A DNA stretch of 64,000 nucleotides from Eledone cirrhosa (Eukaryota), in contig OZ024745.1 of assembly GCA_964016885.1 (NCBI GenBank), forward strand, positions 126,728,001-126,792,000, in the 5' to 3' direction. A program made the translations under genes and the position numbers. Every line of letters begins with the position of its first letter. The stretch's first letter is position 1. Of the stretch, positions 39,851-51,109 are shown in pieces. The notes beneath the pieces were generated by a model. It saw only the letters and a program-made list of their open reading frames with translations. It was not told the DNA's origin and ran no database searches.

Positions 39851-40681
39851 CAGGATGAAACAAACAAGTAGAGGGTACCAGTCTGCACCAATCTTCTCTT
39901 TACTGCTCCTGATTCAACCTCCCCAGTTTTGATACCCCACACTCCTCCTGACCAGCTAAATAACCCATGTACCTCATCCATGTCAAACTTGCTTACTTGT
40001 CCCCTGCAAAATAACCTCACTCCTAACTTCTGATACACTTCTGCCCAAGCCATGGACATGGCCTACATCTGATCTCCGACAAACCTACTGCCACAACAAA
40101 AAAGCACTAAGCCTACTCTGTATGGTAATCTGATGCCACAACAACAAAATCACCCAGTCCACCCTGTAAGGTGGTAATGCTAGTATATATGACAGTCGAT
40201 CGACTGTCGTCAAATCGGACCGAGGAAACAATGTTTCCATTGGCCTTTCCAATTGCTAACACTATCTATCGGTTGCAACTCCAGATAGAAGGAGAAATGT
40301 GAAATAAAGTTTCTTGCTCAAAGACATAACGGCAGAGCTCAAGCCGTTTTGACAGCTATTTCTATATCCAACCCAACTTAAATCAGAGGTAATCACAGTA
40401 AATAAAGTACTCAATACATTAGTAGAGTGAAACCATCAATATTTAACCCCTTTAAATTTACATACTCTATATTTACAATTGTATTTTTGCGGTAAAGGCT
40501 TTAACTTACACAATTATCTCATATAATATCGAATCTATGAGATACCCATCTAATACCCATGCTAGCATGGAAGATAGATGTTATTCGATGGTGATTATAT
40601 ATATATATCTATATATGTATGTATATATATCTATATATGTATGTATATATATATATATATGTATGTATATATATATATATA

Positions 40682-40920
40682 TGTTAGAAATAGAAGCTTT
40701 TGCTGTATTTTTGACTAAAGAAATTTTAGCCTGATAGTGGGGTTTAAAACCATCTAAAAATGGAAAAGGATGAGTATGTGCGTCAATATTCATCCTTTTC
40801 CATTTTTGGAGGGTCTTTAAACTCCACTATTAGGCTAAAATTTCTTTAGTCAAAAATACAACAAAAGCTTCTATTTCTAACAAAATTCAAACTTTGCTTG
40901 CTGTTTCAAAACAAACTTGC
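40682..40920 (+). mobile_element. Fold-back element, second copy of 37798
   Basis: Arms within 40682-40882; same 3' tail; flanked by (TA)n. Confidence 0.8.
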
Positions 40921-42211
40921 TTTATATATACATGTGTATGTGTGTGTGTGTGTTTGTATTGTAGTGAAAATGCGGCTATGATCCAGTTTGATCATTGTTA
41001 TTAAGAATTTTTTGTATTTCTGTATTAGTTCCTTATGCTTAGTTTGGAACAGTAGTATCCAGAAATCCATCTGTGGATTAAAGTTTCAAAGCCTTCATAG
41101 TTTCTATCTTCAGAATCAGAATGGTCATACTAGTGGTTTATTGGTTACCAGCTTAGCAGTGGTTGTAAAGTATCATGGGAGTGGAAGGAAATTATACATA
41201 CCGAGAATTGTAATGTTATTAACTAGTGTAGTCCTATCATGGTTTTGTTTTTCTTAGTATATACTTTATATAAATGTGTTGTGATGAAGGCACGTAGCTT
41301 AGTGATTAGAGCATTGATGATGATGATGATGATGATGGTTCCCTATTGTAAGTTAACTGACAAGAAGGTGTAGAACTTCTGTGACTGATGTAACAATTTT
41401 GGTCATGAAGTTCACAATTTTCATGTTTGCATTGAAAATAATATATCACATTGGTCGTTTTCAGTAACAAGACTCAAGCTTGGCCTTAAAAGAGTGTATT
41501 ATCTGTTTGTAGTCAGAAGAGAATGAAGTTTCACTTCAAAATATTTTATTCATTATCAAACATAATAGATGTTTCACAGATGATCGGCTTTAGGTCTTCA
41601 TGACTTTGATATTGATCTGCTCATCATACATGTAGATTTGAATCAAAATATTGTATGCATTTATATATATATATCATCATCATCATCATCATCTTTGTTT
41701 AACGTCCATCTTCCATGCTAACATGGGTTATATATATATAAATGCTGACCTTTCCCAATTGCATCTCTTGTATATATTACACTCTTGAAGATATATAATA
41801 TATATTACACTCTTGAAGATGCAGGACATGGCAGCGATAATGAGGGACAGAGACCACTGGACAGAACTCGTCCATGGATCTTGGGAATTTACCCGCTCTA
41901 GATAGATAAGTATATTACATTCAAAGTTATAGATGTCATGTTTGAGATAATTGTGTCTTGTCTCCAAAAATAAGCTCAAAGAAAAAATTCAAAGAATAAA
42001 TCCGAGCATTTAATCATTACAAAACAGTAAATGGCATATATACACACATAAATATTTAATGATATAAATGTATAATAGGACATACATATACTCACACACA
42101 CAAACACACACACATACACACGTATATATATATCACTTTGATAACTTTTTCGGACAGTATTGGCCCAGGACATGTCTAACTTAATAGCACAACCTGGCAA
42201 AGTCTTTCAAA

Positions 42212-43147
42212 TCAGGATTTGGACACCATGGCCCACTCAAGTAGAGAGTTATTTTTTAAGGAGACATATCCGTGTGTAGGAGGTTTATTCGGGATTTCTT
42301 GGAAGAATTTGACAAAAGATTTCTTGAACTTTATGGGATCTGTTTCTGTTTTAATGTCTTTTGGTGTAATGTTAAAGAGAGTGGGGCCAATTGAGGTGAA
42401 ATAATTGTGCCATATTGTTGTTATGAGATGTGAGTGTGATTTTTGTTGTGGGTAGATAGAACGAGGCCTAAGCCGTGGGTGTACCTTAAAGCTGATGCCA
42501 ACATCATTTTGACAATGCTGATGGAATATTTTCCACATCATGCTCATGATATAGCGTTCACGGTGACATTGGAGAAAATAATGTTTGAGTTTTTCTAGTC
42601 GAACCCAATAGTCAAGGCCTGTCATGCCATCTATGTTTTTGGTAATTGACCTTTGAGGTGCTTCAACTTTCATGATACTTTGTTTTGTGTGGGGAGACCA
42701 CAGTGGACAACAGTATTCAAGTGGGGGTCAGACAAAAGTGGAGAATAGAAGGATAATGGTGTGGATATCTATCAGCTGGAAAGTTCTGAGAATCCAGGAA
42801 CTCATTCTGCAGGCCATGTCAATTTTGCTGTTTATATGAATGGCCCAGCTTATGTTGTGGTCCACAATTACTCCCAAGTCTCTGATGTTGTTTGATACCA
42901 CTAGAGTTTCACCTGAAGGAAGCATGGGAGTTTCAGAGCATCCTCTTTTCCAAAGTGGATTAACTCGAATTTATCCTTGTTCAGCAGCATGTTGTTCTTT
43001 TCTGCCCACTGGATAACAGCCAGTAAGTCTAACTGAAGGCATGTCCGGTCACCCACTTCATTGATGACCTTCTGGAGCTTGGAATCATTTAGAAATATTC
43101 TTATGTTGCTGTGCTTGATGATGTCAATAATCTCATTAATGTAGATT
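42212..43147 (-). mobile_element. CR1/L2-group LINE RT C-terminal fragment
   Basis: FLNDSKL (degenerate FADD), IRDLGVIVD, LEYCCPLWSP, LDYWVRLEKL. Confidence 0.85.
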
Positions 43148-43191
43148 CACACACACACACACATTATATATATATATATATGTATATGTAT

Positions 43192-43223
<32 letters not shown>

Positions 43224-43448
43224 GCATATATATACACACACACACACATATATATATATATATGCTCCAAAGCATGGTGTCTGACCCTCTACCGATACAG
43301 CCAATCCACCGCCCTTATGCTAATATTAATAATAAAAATGATACAGTTTAACACAGCGACAATAACATAAATATGAGCAGCTGGTAAAATGTCGACCATA
43401 CTTAAATATGGAATGATACGCGATGCCCCCCCCCCCCCCACACACACA

Positions 43449-44038
43449 CAGCCCCGGCGGACAGAATAGAGAAGGCGTTTTCCCGGAGGACGGCAAGGGA
43501 GACGCGCTGGAAAAGCCACTCCAACTCACGGGACTCACACCTGCGGCTGGCCAGCTCAGCACCTATGGTGGTGAGTAGGGAGGTAGCCCTAGGGGCCGAG
43601 GACACCAGAAGTTTCCACTGCCAGGGGTACAACCACAAACCTGTTGGAGAGCGACCGATATTTGTGGAGTTTGGCCTCCTCAGTCCAACGTGCAGCAGAA
43701 CCTGGGTTAGTCGCAGACTGCACCAGGTTGCAGCTGGAGAAAGTGTCGCTGTAAGTGGCATCCCAGACGAGGGGTTTGCCACCACGGAACGGGAAAATGG
43801 TCATGCCATCTGGTCTTTTGCCGTCCCCTCGGTCCAGCCCCACCAGCACTAGCTGGGAAGGGAAGCCTGCAGCGTCCAAGCCATGCTTTATGACCTCGTT
43901 GAGGGCAGCATGGCGTGGAAGGCAGCCGGCACTGTGGTAACAGGAAAGCGGGTGGAGGCCGAAAGTGTCCACAGTGGATCTACAGCGACATTGGTATGGC
44001 TCGCAGATCCGAAGACCGAGCCTCAAGGAAACGCCGAT
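43449..44038 (-). mobile_element. CRE-clade-like non-LTR retrotransposon 3' fragment (zinc knuckle plus restriction-like endonuclease), frameshifted
   Basis: LRLG...CRC...HPLSC...RHAALN...GKRPDG...LVWDAT...EEAKLHKY...PLAVETSGVLGP...LFQRVSLAVLRENA. Confidence 0.85.
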
Positions 44039-44176
44039 ATATATATATTTAATTTGTTGGTAATTCAACAAATATATTTATAACAGATTCGAAGCACTCG
44101 ACAAGTTTTCTGGAGGCAAACTTGAACCGTTAAGGTATCATTCCTTGATATGTCAATATTTATAAAACAAACTTTG

Positions 44177-44237
44177 TATTTTATCTGATGAGAGCGTTCC
44201 AAAATGTTGGTACCCTTGAAATATATATAATAGAATA
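44177..44237 (+). ncRNA. Minimal type I hammerhead ribozyme (same family as 35281)
   Basis: UAUUUUAU-CUGAUGA-GAGCGUUCCAA-AAUG-UUGGUACCCUU-GAA-AU-AUAU-AU-A-AUAGAAUA; 8-bp stem I; predicted cleavage after 44229. Confidence 0.75.
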
Positions 44238-44355
44238 AATATGGTTTTATAAATATAATTTCCATTTATTAATATCATTGATATATATATATATATATAT
44301 ACACACACATATATGTACATATATATATACACACACATATATAGACACGCACGCG

Positions 44356-44403
<48 letters not shown>

Positions 44404-44979
44404 GACCTTTGGCGGTACTCAGTAACAGAGAAGACCCGCCTTACCTAAATACATAGTAGGCATCTCTAACAAAATACCCCCCCCCCCCCATCCACGCCAC
44501 CCCGTTCTATGTAAAGTTGTGTTGGTGCCACACCATCCAGGCCGAAACAAATGAGATCGTGTAGGTGTCACGACAAAAAAAAAACACAGTCCACGCTGTA
44601 ATGTGGCCGTGTAGGCAACACGGTAAAAACCTCCCAGACCCACACTGTAAATGTGGTTGGTGTTAGGAAGGGCATCCAACTGTAGAAAACCTGCCAGACA
44701 GTCCTATGCGAGCAAGACAATCACTCTTGCCTCAAGTGGGACTACCCCCGTCCAAACCCATGCAAGCGTGGAACACGGACGTTAAACGTTGATGATGATG
44801 ATGATGATGATGGTGTGTGTTTGTGTGTTTTGACCAGACGAATGTCGTCGAATAATTTGTCCATTAAACACAAATTATCATGTTATTTATTGTGTGTGGA
44901 GCTAGTAGCAAGTTGATTTTTAACGGAGTTTCGATCCTGGCTTTAGTGAATTCATTACATTTATATACCATTAAATATA

Positions 44980-45018
<39 letters not shown>

Positions 45019-45223
45019 AAAAACGGAAAAAAACCCAAAAGAAATATAGCTGTCGTCTGAGACTTGGTGTCTGCATGAAATCAATATCTTATACAATAAC
45101 TCCTACTACTTTACACTGATCTATTCTAACTGTATATCAATATATATATGTGTGTGTGTGCAGAGTATCACGTTGGTAATATATAGATATACAAAAATGA
45201 ATATTTATGTAGATGTGTGTACG

Positions 45224-45551
45224 TGCATTGAATATCCGTTGGCTTTCACGACGAATGTTTTACTTGATACGATAGATGGAACAATTTGTTCGTGAAATTA
45301 ACATACAAGTGACTGAGCATTCCTGAGAGTGATGTGTGCTCTTAACGGAGTTCTCAATATGATTCAGCGTAATACAGGGTGTGACAAGGCTGGCTTCTTT
45401 TGAATTACAGGTACACCTCATTTTCGGCCAGTTCAGTTGACTGGAACAACATGAAATATAGTGTTATGTCCAAGAACACAACACGCCGTCGGGAGTCAAA
45501 CTCACGACTTTGTAATCGTGATTCGAATACACTTATTAAGCCTCGCGCCTT
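45224..45551 (-). mobile_element. tRNA-derived SINE, a third and older family
   Basis: Minus-strand head GGCGCGAGGCTTAATAAGTG...GTGAGTTTGACTCCCG followed by a CORE-like segment; relatives at about 54290-54530 and 56280-56490. Confidence 0.6.
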
Positions 45552-46029
45552 CATTCTTTTTGTTTCCGAGACCGAGAAGAAGCAGATGGCTATTCGATAT
45601 GTCAAAATCTCAGACATATTAGCGACTTGAAAACGCATTCACAATGTAAACTTATCTATAAGGCTACTGAGGGCAGCTTCTTGGTGGCCGATTGATAGTG
45701 TAAAATGTAAAAGAAACTCTATTAAAAGTCTATCAAATTACTGTTTCATGCTGGTAGGTGAAAAGTTAAATCGGTAAGAATTTTGTATGTGTACTGTATG
45801 AAAACAAAAGTTACATGAAAATTCCCAACCGAAACATGACAGCAAATGTCTTCTGTCGAAGAGACAATCCTATTTTAATAGTTGAAGAAATATAGATTAA
45901 TTCAAGATCAAAATATATTGCAGTGGCGGAGGAAACATTTTAGAATGGGGGTGGGGGACAAATTTGGTCAATTTAGTTGTAGTGATGGAGACTGGAGAAT
46001 GAAATCTATAGATAATGAACACAACCACA

Positions 46030-46598
46030 AGGATATGGTCAGAACGTGGAAGAGCTGAACTCCCACTGTCATCACTTCCATCTCTCTCGCCCTCCTCATC
46101 TCTCTGTATGGTGAGCAAATGGGGTCCCATGTGCTGGCCTCCCCACAGCCCGGCGGACAGAATAGAGAAGGCGTTTCCCCAGAGGATGGTAAGGGAGATG
46201 CGCTGGAAGAGCCATTCCAACTCGCGAGGCTCACACCTGCAGCTGGCCAGCTCAGCGCCTATGGTGGTGAGTAGGGAGGTAGCCATATGGCCAAGGACAC
46301 CAGAAGTCTCCATTACCATGGGCACGACCGCAAACCTGTCAGAGAGTGACCAGTACTTGGAGAGTTTGGCCTTCTCAGTCTGACGTGCAGCAGAACCTGG
46401 GTTAGTCGCAGACTGCACCAGGTTACCGCTGGAGAAAGTGTCGCTGCAAGTGGCATCCCAGACGAGGGGTTTGCCAACACGGAAAGGGGAGATGGTCATA
46501 CTGTTTGCCGTCCCCTCGGTCCAGCCCCACCGGCTCGAGCTGGAGGGGAAGCCTGCAGCATCCAAGCCATGCTTTATGACCTCGTTGAGGGCAGCATG
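46030..46598 (-). mobile_element. CRE-clade-like element, second copy including 3' UTR
   Basis: ORF 45897-46565 shares GKPLVWDAT...ETSGVLG...LFQRISL with 43449-44038. Confidence 0.85.
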
Positions 46599-46827
46599 TA
46601 GTGATTAGTTTAGCGGTTATCAAATATCAACCAATATATATATATAAATAAATAAATAAAAACTTCGATATGCGATAAACATTACATGAACATAAATTCT
46701 AGCGCATATTATACAAATAGATGTGTGTTTTGGTAGTTTGGGGAGCAGAATATAAATATTGGAGAGGCCATGGCCCCTTAGCTCCCCCAGTTCCAATGCC
46801 CTTGTATTGGGTATTATTTTGTCCACA

Positions 46828-47020
46828 TGGCGGTGGATTGGCAGTATCGGTAGAGGTTCGGACGCCATGCTTTGACGCATAGAGTTACGGCCCTTGCCAT
46901 TCTGAGTTCAAATCCCGCCGAGGTTAACTTTGCCTTTCATCCTTACGGGGTCGATAAAATAAAGTACCAGTAATGTACTGGGTAATTTTCTGGCCTTGTG
47001 CCAATAGTAGAAACAATTAT
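46828..47020 (+). mobile_element. SINE family A
   Basis: Match to family consensus. Confidence 0.85.
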
Positions 47021-47619
47021 TTTGTCCACTATAAGGTTTGCAGTAAACAGTTACTATTGTCGTGGTTTAAACTTACAAGATTGGTAGTAAAAATGTATAA
47101 CGATAAGCAGTACTAAATATTTTATCACCATCATTGTCTGTGTAATACCCAAATATTCACCCACACACATATCAGTGTGTATTTGGGGAGATATATACTT
47201 CATTAGTTTAAATGTACATCAAAGAAGCATACTTCAACATTTTCTGATAATAGGGAGAGATGGGGAGGGAGAAAGAGGTGGAGGTGATGACAGTGGGGGG
47301 TCGGCTTTTCTGTGTTCAGACCTCGTGTACAGCATCAGTTACCGTAAGGAGGTAGTAACTCTTAGTTTGAAATGATCATTTTGTTTAAACTAGTATTAAC
47401 TAGATCAAATATACTAATGCTTAGGAATTAAATCTTTAATTTTGAAACCACAGCCAACCCTCCATTTTACCATCAATCTTTTGTCACATAATTCTCGTTT
47501 GAAGCTGTGTTGTATTTTACAGAGAATTTGACACTTTTAAAATAAATGTGTTTACATAAGTGAGTGTGTAATAATATCTAATGAGTATATTTCTTCCTGT
47601 AAAGTTTAGCAAAGGGATT

Positions 47620-48038
47620 AATGATATAATAATTGTTTCTACCTTTGGCACAAGGCCAGCAATTATCCCAGTGCATTACTGGTACTTTATTTTATCGACC
47701 CCCTAAGGATGAAAGGCAAAGTTAACCTCGGCGGGATTCGAACTCAGACCGTAACTCCATGCTGCAATGATATAATAATTTTTTCTACATAGGGCACAAG
47801 GCCAGCAATTATTCCAGTGAATTACTGGCGCTTTTGCTGTATTTTATCGACCCCTTAAGGATGAAAGGTAAAGTTAACCTAGGTGTGATTTGAACTCAGA
47901 CCGTAAAGGGCCGTAACTCCATGCTGCAATGATATAATAATTTTTTCTACTTTTGGCACAAGGCCAGCAATTATCCCAGTGCATTACTGGGGCTGTATTT
48001 TATCGACCCCTTAAGGATGAAAGGCAAAGTTAACCTCG
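47620..48038 (-). repeat. Three tandem copies of a truncated SINE A unit
   Basis: Each unit begins AATGATATAATAATT; ~145-165 bp period. Confidence 0.85.
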
Positions 48039-48553
48039 AATAAAGGAAAAATGTATCTAGAAATTGCATGTATTTTATTTGTATTTGCTTTATTTTCCGC
48101 GTATCATCTCGTTAAAGTAGGTGTGTCTGTGTCTGAGAGAAGAAGAGGGTGTATATGTGTAAAAGAGAGGGGGGGGGTATAATGAATTAAATTTCTGCAG
48201 TACATTAACTCTTTCATTAGGATATTTCTAATGAAAGGACAACCCTGTCTATGATTTTTCAAGTAATTTTGAAAATAATCAAGAATTTAGAATAATCAGC
48301 TTAGTATAGTAGAAGTATGACCGGTTTGGTGTCAAAAGGGTTAAGAAATAACCATCTCTATATTCCAACATTTTCTTTCTGAATATAAATGTATTAATGA
48401 ACACCGTACACAAATATTTAGACATTACGAGTAGAAATATTTGCACTAAAAATGTAAATCTCAGTCTATCTCTCACACTTCTATACCAGTGTATTGACTG
48501 TAGAATTTATAAAATATCTGTTTTATATACACTCTCCCTTCCATAAGCATCAT

Positions 48554-48588
<35 letters not shown>

Positions 48589-48617
48589 ATTTTTAAAATG
48601 TGCGTATATATATATAT

Positions 48618-48818
48618 ACAGCGATTGGCTGAAAAGTTCATAGGCTGACCAAGTTACTCTCATGGAATGATCAAATGAGGTTTATTTTTCAACATTATCC
48701 ATGGAAAGAAACAATTCAGTTATTAATAAGAAGAGTTGAAATTTATGCATGCAAGATTTGATAGCTCTAGCATCACTTCTTCATAGTCAGCCTATGAGCT
48801 TTTCAGCCGACCTTTGAC
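48618..48818. mobile_element. Tc1/mariner-like MITE
   Basis: TIRs GGCTGAAAAGTTCATAGGCTGAC / GTCAGCCTATGAGCTTTTCAGCC, in a TA context. Confidence 0.7.
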
Positions 48819-49440
48819 TATACGTGTTTGTATGTGTGTATTTGTATACATTAAAATGTATATATATATATATGTATGTGCGTGTATGTATACATTAGTT
48901 TTAATGCAAAGCATTTTTAACAATGCGAGACATTGAAATGTTAAGAACCTGTAGGGGCACCACCCTTTTTTGTATTGGTTTGTTGTACTTTTAAAATACC
49001 TTTCATATTTCTCGATGACGGAAAGGTACTTGTATAATAAACAAGCCAGCTGTGTTGGGTGTGTCAAATACTAATTGCAAAAATTAATTGGAGAAAGAAA
49101 CAAAAAAAAAAAGAAGTATTTAAAAAATAATCTTTGCACCTTTATTTGCAATATACATCGCCATCACACCCTATATTTCTATTAGTATGACCACGAAAAT
49201 TTAGTATTTCAGTAGTAAATGAAAAATATTAGTCGATATTAGATTATCATAAAGATGCTTATGAATGCATTTGAAATTTCGTTATTTTACTTTCTTGTGT
49301 TTGCATTGAGTACAAAAGGTTTACTATAGCTACAATTTGATTCATATATTTATTATATAGCCATATGCATGCATCAGGCTGAAACATGTTTACATAATGT
49401 ATACAATCACTCGTGTATGACATACGTACAGAGGTATGCC

Positions 49441-49476
<36 letters not shown>

Positions 49477-49477
<1 letters not shown>

Positions 49478-49661
49478 GTTATTCTGGGTTGAATCGGAGG
49501 TAACCACAGTAAGTAAGGTACTCAATACATAGCAGAGTATAAAAGTGTTAATATAGATGAGATTCTACAGGACTAGAACTGTTTCATTCTTTAGGGATTC
49601 CTGATGATTTCTAAAGAATGAAACAGTTCTAGTCCTGTAGAATCTCATCTATATTAAAACT
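49477..49661. mobile_element. (TA)n-flanked palindromic retrozyme/Penelope-like element
   Basis: Perfect 47-bp arms 49548-49594 and 49611-49657; the spacer contains CTGATGA; GTACTCAATA at 49518. Confidence 0.75.
49594..49646 (+). ncRNA. Complete type I hammerhead ribozyme
   Basis: GGGAUUC-CUGAUGA-U-UUC-UAAA-GAA-U-GAA-ACAG-UUCUAGUC-CUGU-A-GAAUCUC; all three stems pair; predicted GUA cleavage after 49639. Confidence 0.85.
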
Positions 49662-50124
49662 ATATATATATATAAAATGATTTCTTTATATTTAATGATT
49701 TCTTTCTTAGCCACACAGGGCTCACATTAAGGAGACATTAAAGACAATACAAGACGATACAGTGGGGGTTTTCTTCGTGTAAAATAAAATTTATAAAAGA
49801 GACTAATAATAATGCTTTCTTTATTAATAATATAACAATAAAGTAATGAAAATGATTGAGTACAGTGCTCAGGTGCACTACAACTCATCAAAGGTGCATG
49901 CATAGTACATAGTTGTTTCTACTATTGGCACAAGGCCAGCAATTATCTCAGTAGATTACTGGTACTTTATTTTATCGACCCCATAAGGATGAAAGGCAAA
50001 GTGAACCTCATACATAATGTACAAATGCCAGGAAAGTGAACAGTATATGAGTTATGATATACTCACAGACACACACACACATGCGTGTGTATGGAGGGGG
50101 AATATATATGTATGTATATATGTA

Positions 50125-50160
<36 letters not shown>

Positions 50161-50164
<4 letters not shown>

Positions 50165-50420
50165 GGGTTGACGGGACTAGCATGGGTTTCACGGCTAGTA
50201 CCGGTTGCATCTCAGCGTACTCAATAGGTAATAATTGTTTCTACTTTTGGCACAAGGCCAGCAATTACCCAGTGCATTACTGGTACTTTATTTTATCGAC
50301 CCCGTAAGGATGAAAGGCAAAGTTAACCTCGGCGGGATTTGAACTCAGAAATGTTAAGTAAACTCCCAGAGTAAACACATAGTTATTCGCTTTAACACAA
50401 CACACGTAAATGGGTACCTT
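50161..50420 (-). mobile_element. 3' part of the 7612-7880 element family, interrupted by a SINE A fragment (50232-50350)
   Basis: Shares CCGGTTG.ATCTCAG.GTACTCAATA and CATAGTTATT...ACAACACACGTAAA with 7650-7740. Confidence 0.65.
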
Positions 50421-50917
50421 CTATCTATATATAATTTATTTTATTGGTACAGATTAAAAGTGTATGGAATGAATTTCTGCTTTCACTCAAAGCGGGGTCA
50501 TCTGAAACTACATCTACCTATCTATCTATTTTTATGTAAAACCGAGGGAAGACAGGAACACCTACAAAACGTGTTCCTGGTGTGGAGGGTTGTTCTATCC
50601 ACGGGGTGTAAAACAACCCTGCAGTAACGTTCCCCCCTATTGGGGATTTCAATTGTTATTCTATTATATATAGTTTATTGTTATTTATTAATGTTAAAGT
50701 TATATGATTTTTATGTAAAACCCCCGCCGTCACGTCTTGTAATGTCCCATTTTTTGTACGCCCTTGTGGCAAATAAAGAAAGATATCTCTCTCTCTCTCT
50801 CTCTCACAAAATATAGATCGAAATAAATTATCTCAATCCAATTATACCATAAAACGTTCAATAAACATTTAGGACTGACATGCAAATTTTCCGAGCATCA
50901 TTTACGCAATATTATTG

Positions 50918-51109
50918 GGCGGTGGATTGGCAGTATCGGTAGAGGGTCGGACGCCATGCTTTGACGCATAGAGTTACGGCCCTTGCCATACTGAGTTCAA
51001 ATCCCGCCGAGGTTAACTTTGCCTTTCATCCTTAAGGGGTCGATAAAATAAAGTACCAGTAATGTACTGAGTAATTGCTGGCCTTGTGCCAAAAGTAGAA
51101 ACAATTATT
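50918..51109 (+). mobile_element. SINE family A, full-length representative copy
   Basis: A/B-box-like motifs, central TTTGCCTTTCATCCTT..GGGGTCGATAAAATAAAGTACCAG, ATTATT tail; about 20 copies or fragments in the window. Confidence 0.9.

Noticed and set aside
40988-41257. Hydrophobic ORF as a candidate next DAGLA exon
   Set aside because: It lacks the expected SMRG.I...PR motif and shows no recognisable similarity.
41805-41860. TTGAAGA-TGC...GCA-GCGATA, a possible decayed hammerhead
   Set aside because: Both core boxes are mutated and stems I and III are not supported.
50918-51010. Possible tRNA genes at SINE heads (also 35599)
   Set aside because: A/B boxes are present but there is no complete cloverleaf, and each continues into the SINE body.
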